Source: a bacterium (lineage in GTDB: Bacteria; Zhuqueibacterota; Zhuqueibacteria; Residuimicrobiales; Krinioviventaceae). Taken from it: DNA of 64,000 nt. This document shows positions 63,661 through 64,000 of this stretch, piece by piece; within the stretch, counting starts at the first letter, position 1; each line of letters opens with the position of its first letter. Made by a program: the position numbers and the translations under genes. The notes under the pieces were generated by a model. That model had not been told where the DNA came from. It was given only the letters and a program-made list of their open reading frames with translations, and searched no databases. The stretch lies in NCBI GenBank assembly GCA_963693055.1, contig OY843751.1, forward strand, positions 5,824,001 through 5,888,000. Reading direction: 5' to 3'.

Positions 63661-64000
63661 TTATTCTTTTTTCTTACGAATCGGTATATACAAATCTATT
63701 TTAGATTCATGCAAGCGGTCCATTCCCTTGAAACGCTCATCATAAAGCTGATAATTAAAAGGATATGCAATTTCGTAACCTGATTTGCTTAACCATTCCT
63801 GTACAAGCAATGTTTCCCAATCAGACGAAATTTCATTACCTTTTAATGTATAAACGGCATAGGTGTTTTCAGGAAGAACCTTGAGTACCAAGTCAACAGG
63901 GGCCAATTCCGCTTTTTCTATTCCAAAACCTACAAAAATTTCAAAGTGTCCTTTTTCCCGAGTATCATAATGTTCAATATGTACTTCGAGCATTTGCTCA
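63661..64000 (-). CDS. GyrI-like small-molecule-binding domain protein (probably 5'-truncated by the window edge)
   Basis: LPENTYAVYT, EWLSKSGY, YDERF, IDLYIPI. Confidence 0.75.
   Translation of the reverse strand, partial: EQMLEVHIEHYDTREKGHFEIFVGFGIEKAELAPVDLVLKVLPENTYAVYTLKGNEISSDWETLLVQEWLSKSGYEIAYPFNYQLYDERFKGMDRLHESKIDLYIPIRKKKE

Overview
Bacterial chromosomal window of moderate GC, with most genes on the - strand. The gene content (NYPNPFN/FlgD-type C-terminal sorting domains, bactofilin upstream of the atp genes, DUF5916/DUF4954/DUF5060-type proteins, strong Shine-Dalgarno use) suggests a non-Bacteroidota FCB-group lineage such as KSB1 or Calditrichota; this is an inference. 1-10 kb holds a parA-parB-M23 peptidase-bactofilin-F1Fo ATP synthase gene run. 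Housekeeping genes (proline dehydrogenase, ligA, glgP, tex, glnS split by a 1-nt frameshift, an ECF sigma factor, acpS, nnr, yhbY) are interspersed with accessory genes. The best candidate for an undescribed system is a three-gene cluster at 14.2-18.3 kb. It encodes secreted proteins with no recognisable catalytic domain, built from paralogous cohesin-like and dockerin modules (Coh-Doc-Coh-CTD; lectin-Ig-Ig-Coh-Doc without CTD; Coh-CTD), and could form a self-assembling surface scaffold. Other notable items: an OLD-type ATPase lacking TOPRIM, a low-GC MT-A70 plus BglII-like R-M pair, an ErcA/ErcS-like module with an HisKA_2 kinase, a Tat-signal DegT aminotransferase, a strand-specific structured RNA candidate at 44.1-44.2 kb, a GH15 gene apparently starting at ATC, and an inverted pair of perfect DnaA boxes at 60.8 kb. 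No rRNA, tRNA, CRISPR array, integrase or transposase was recognised. All family calls come from motif recognition by eye, not database searches.
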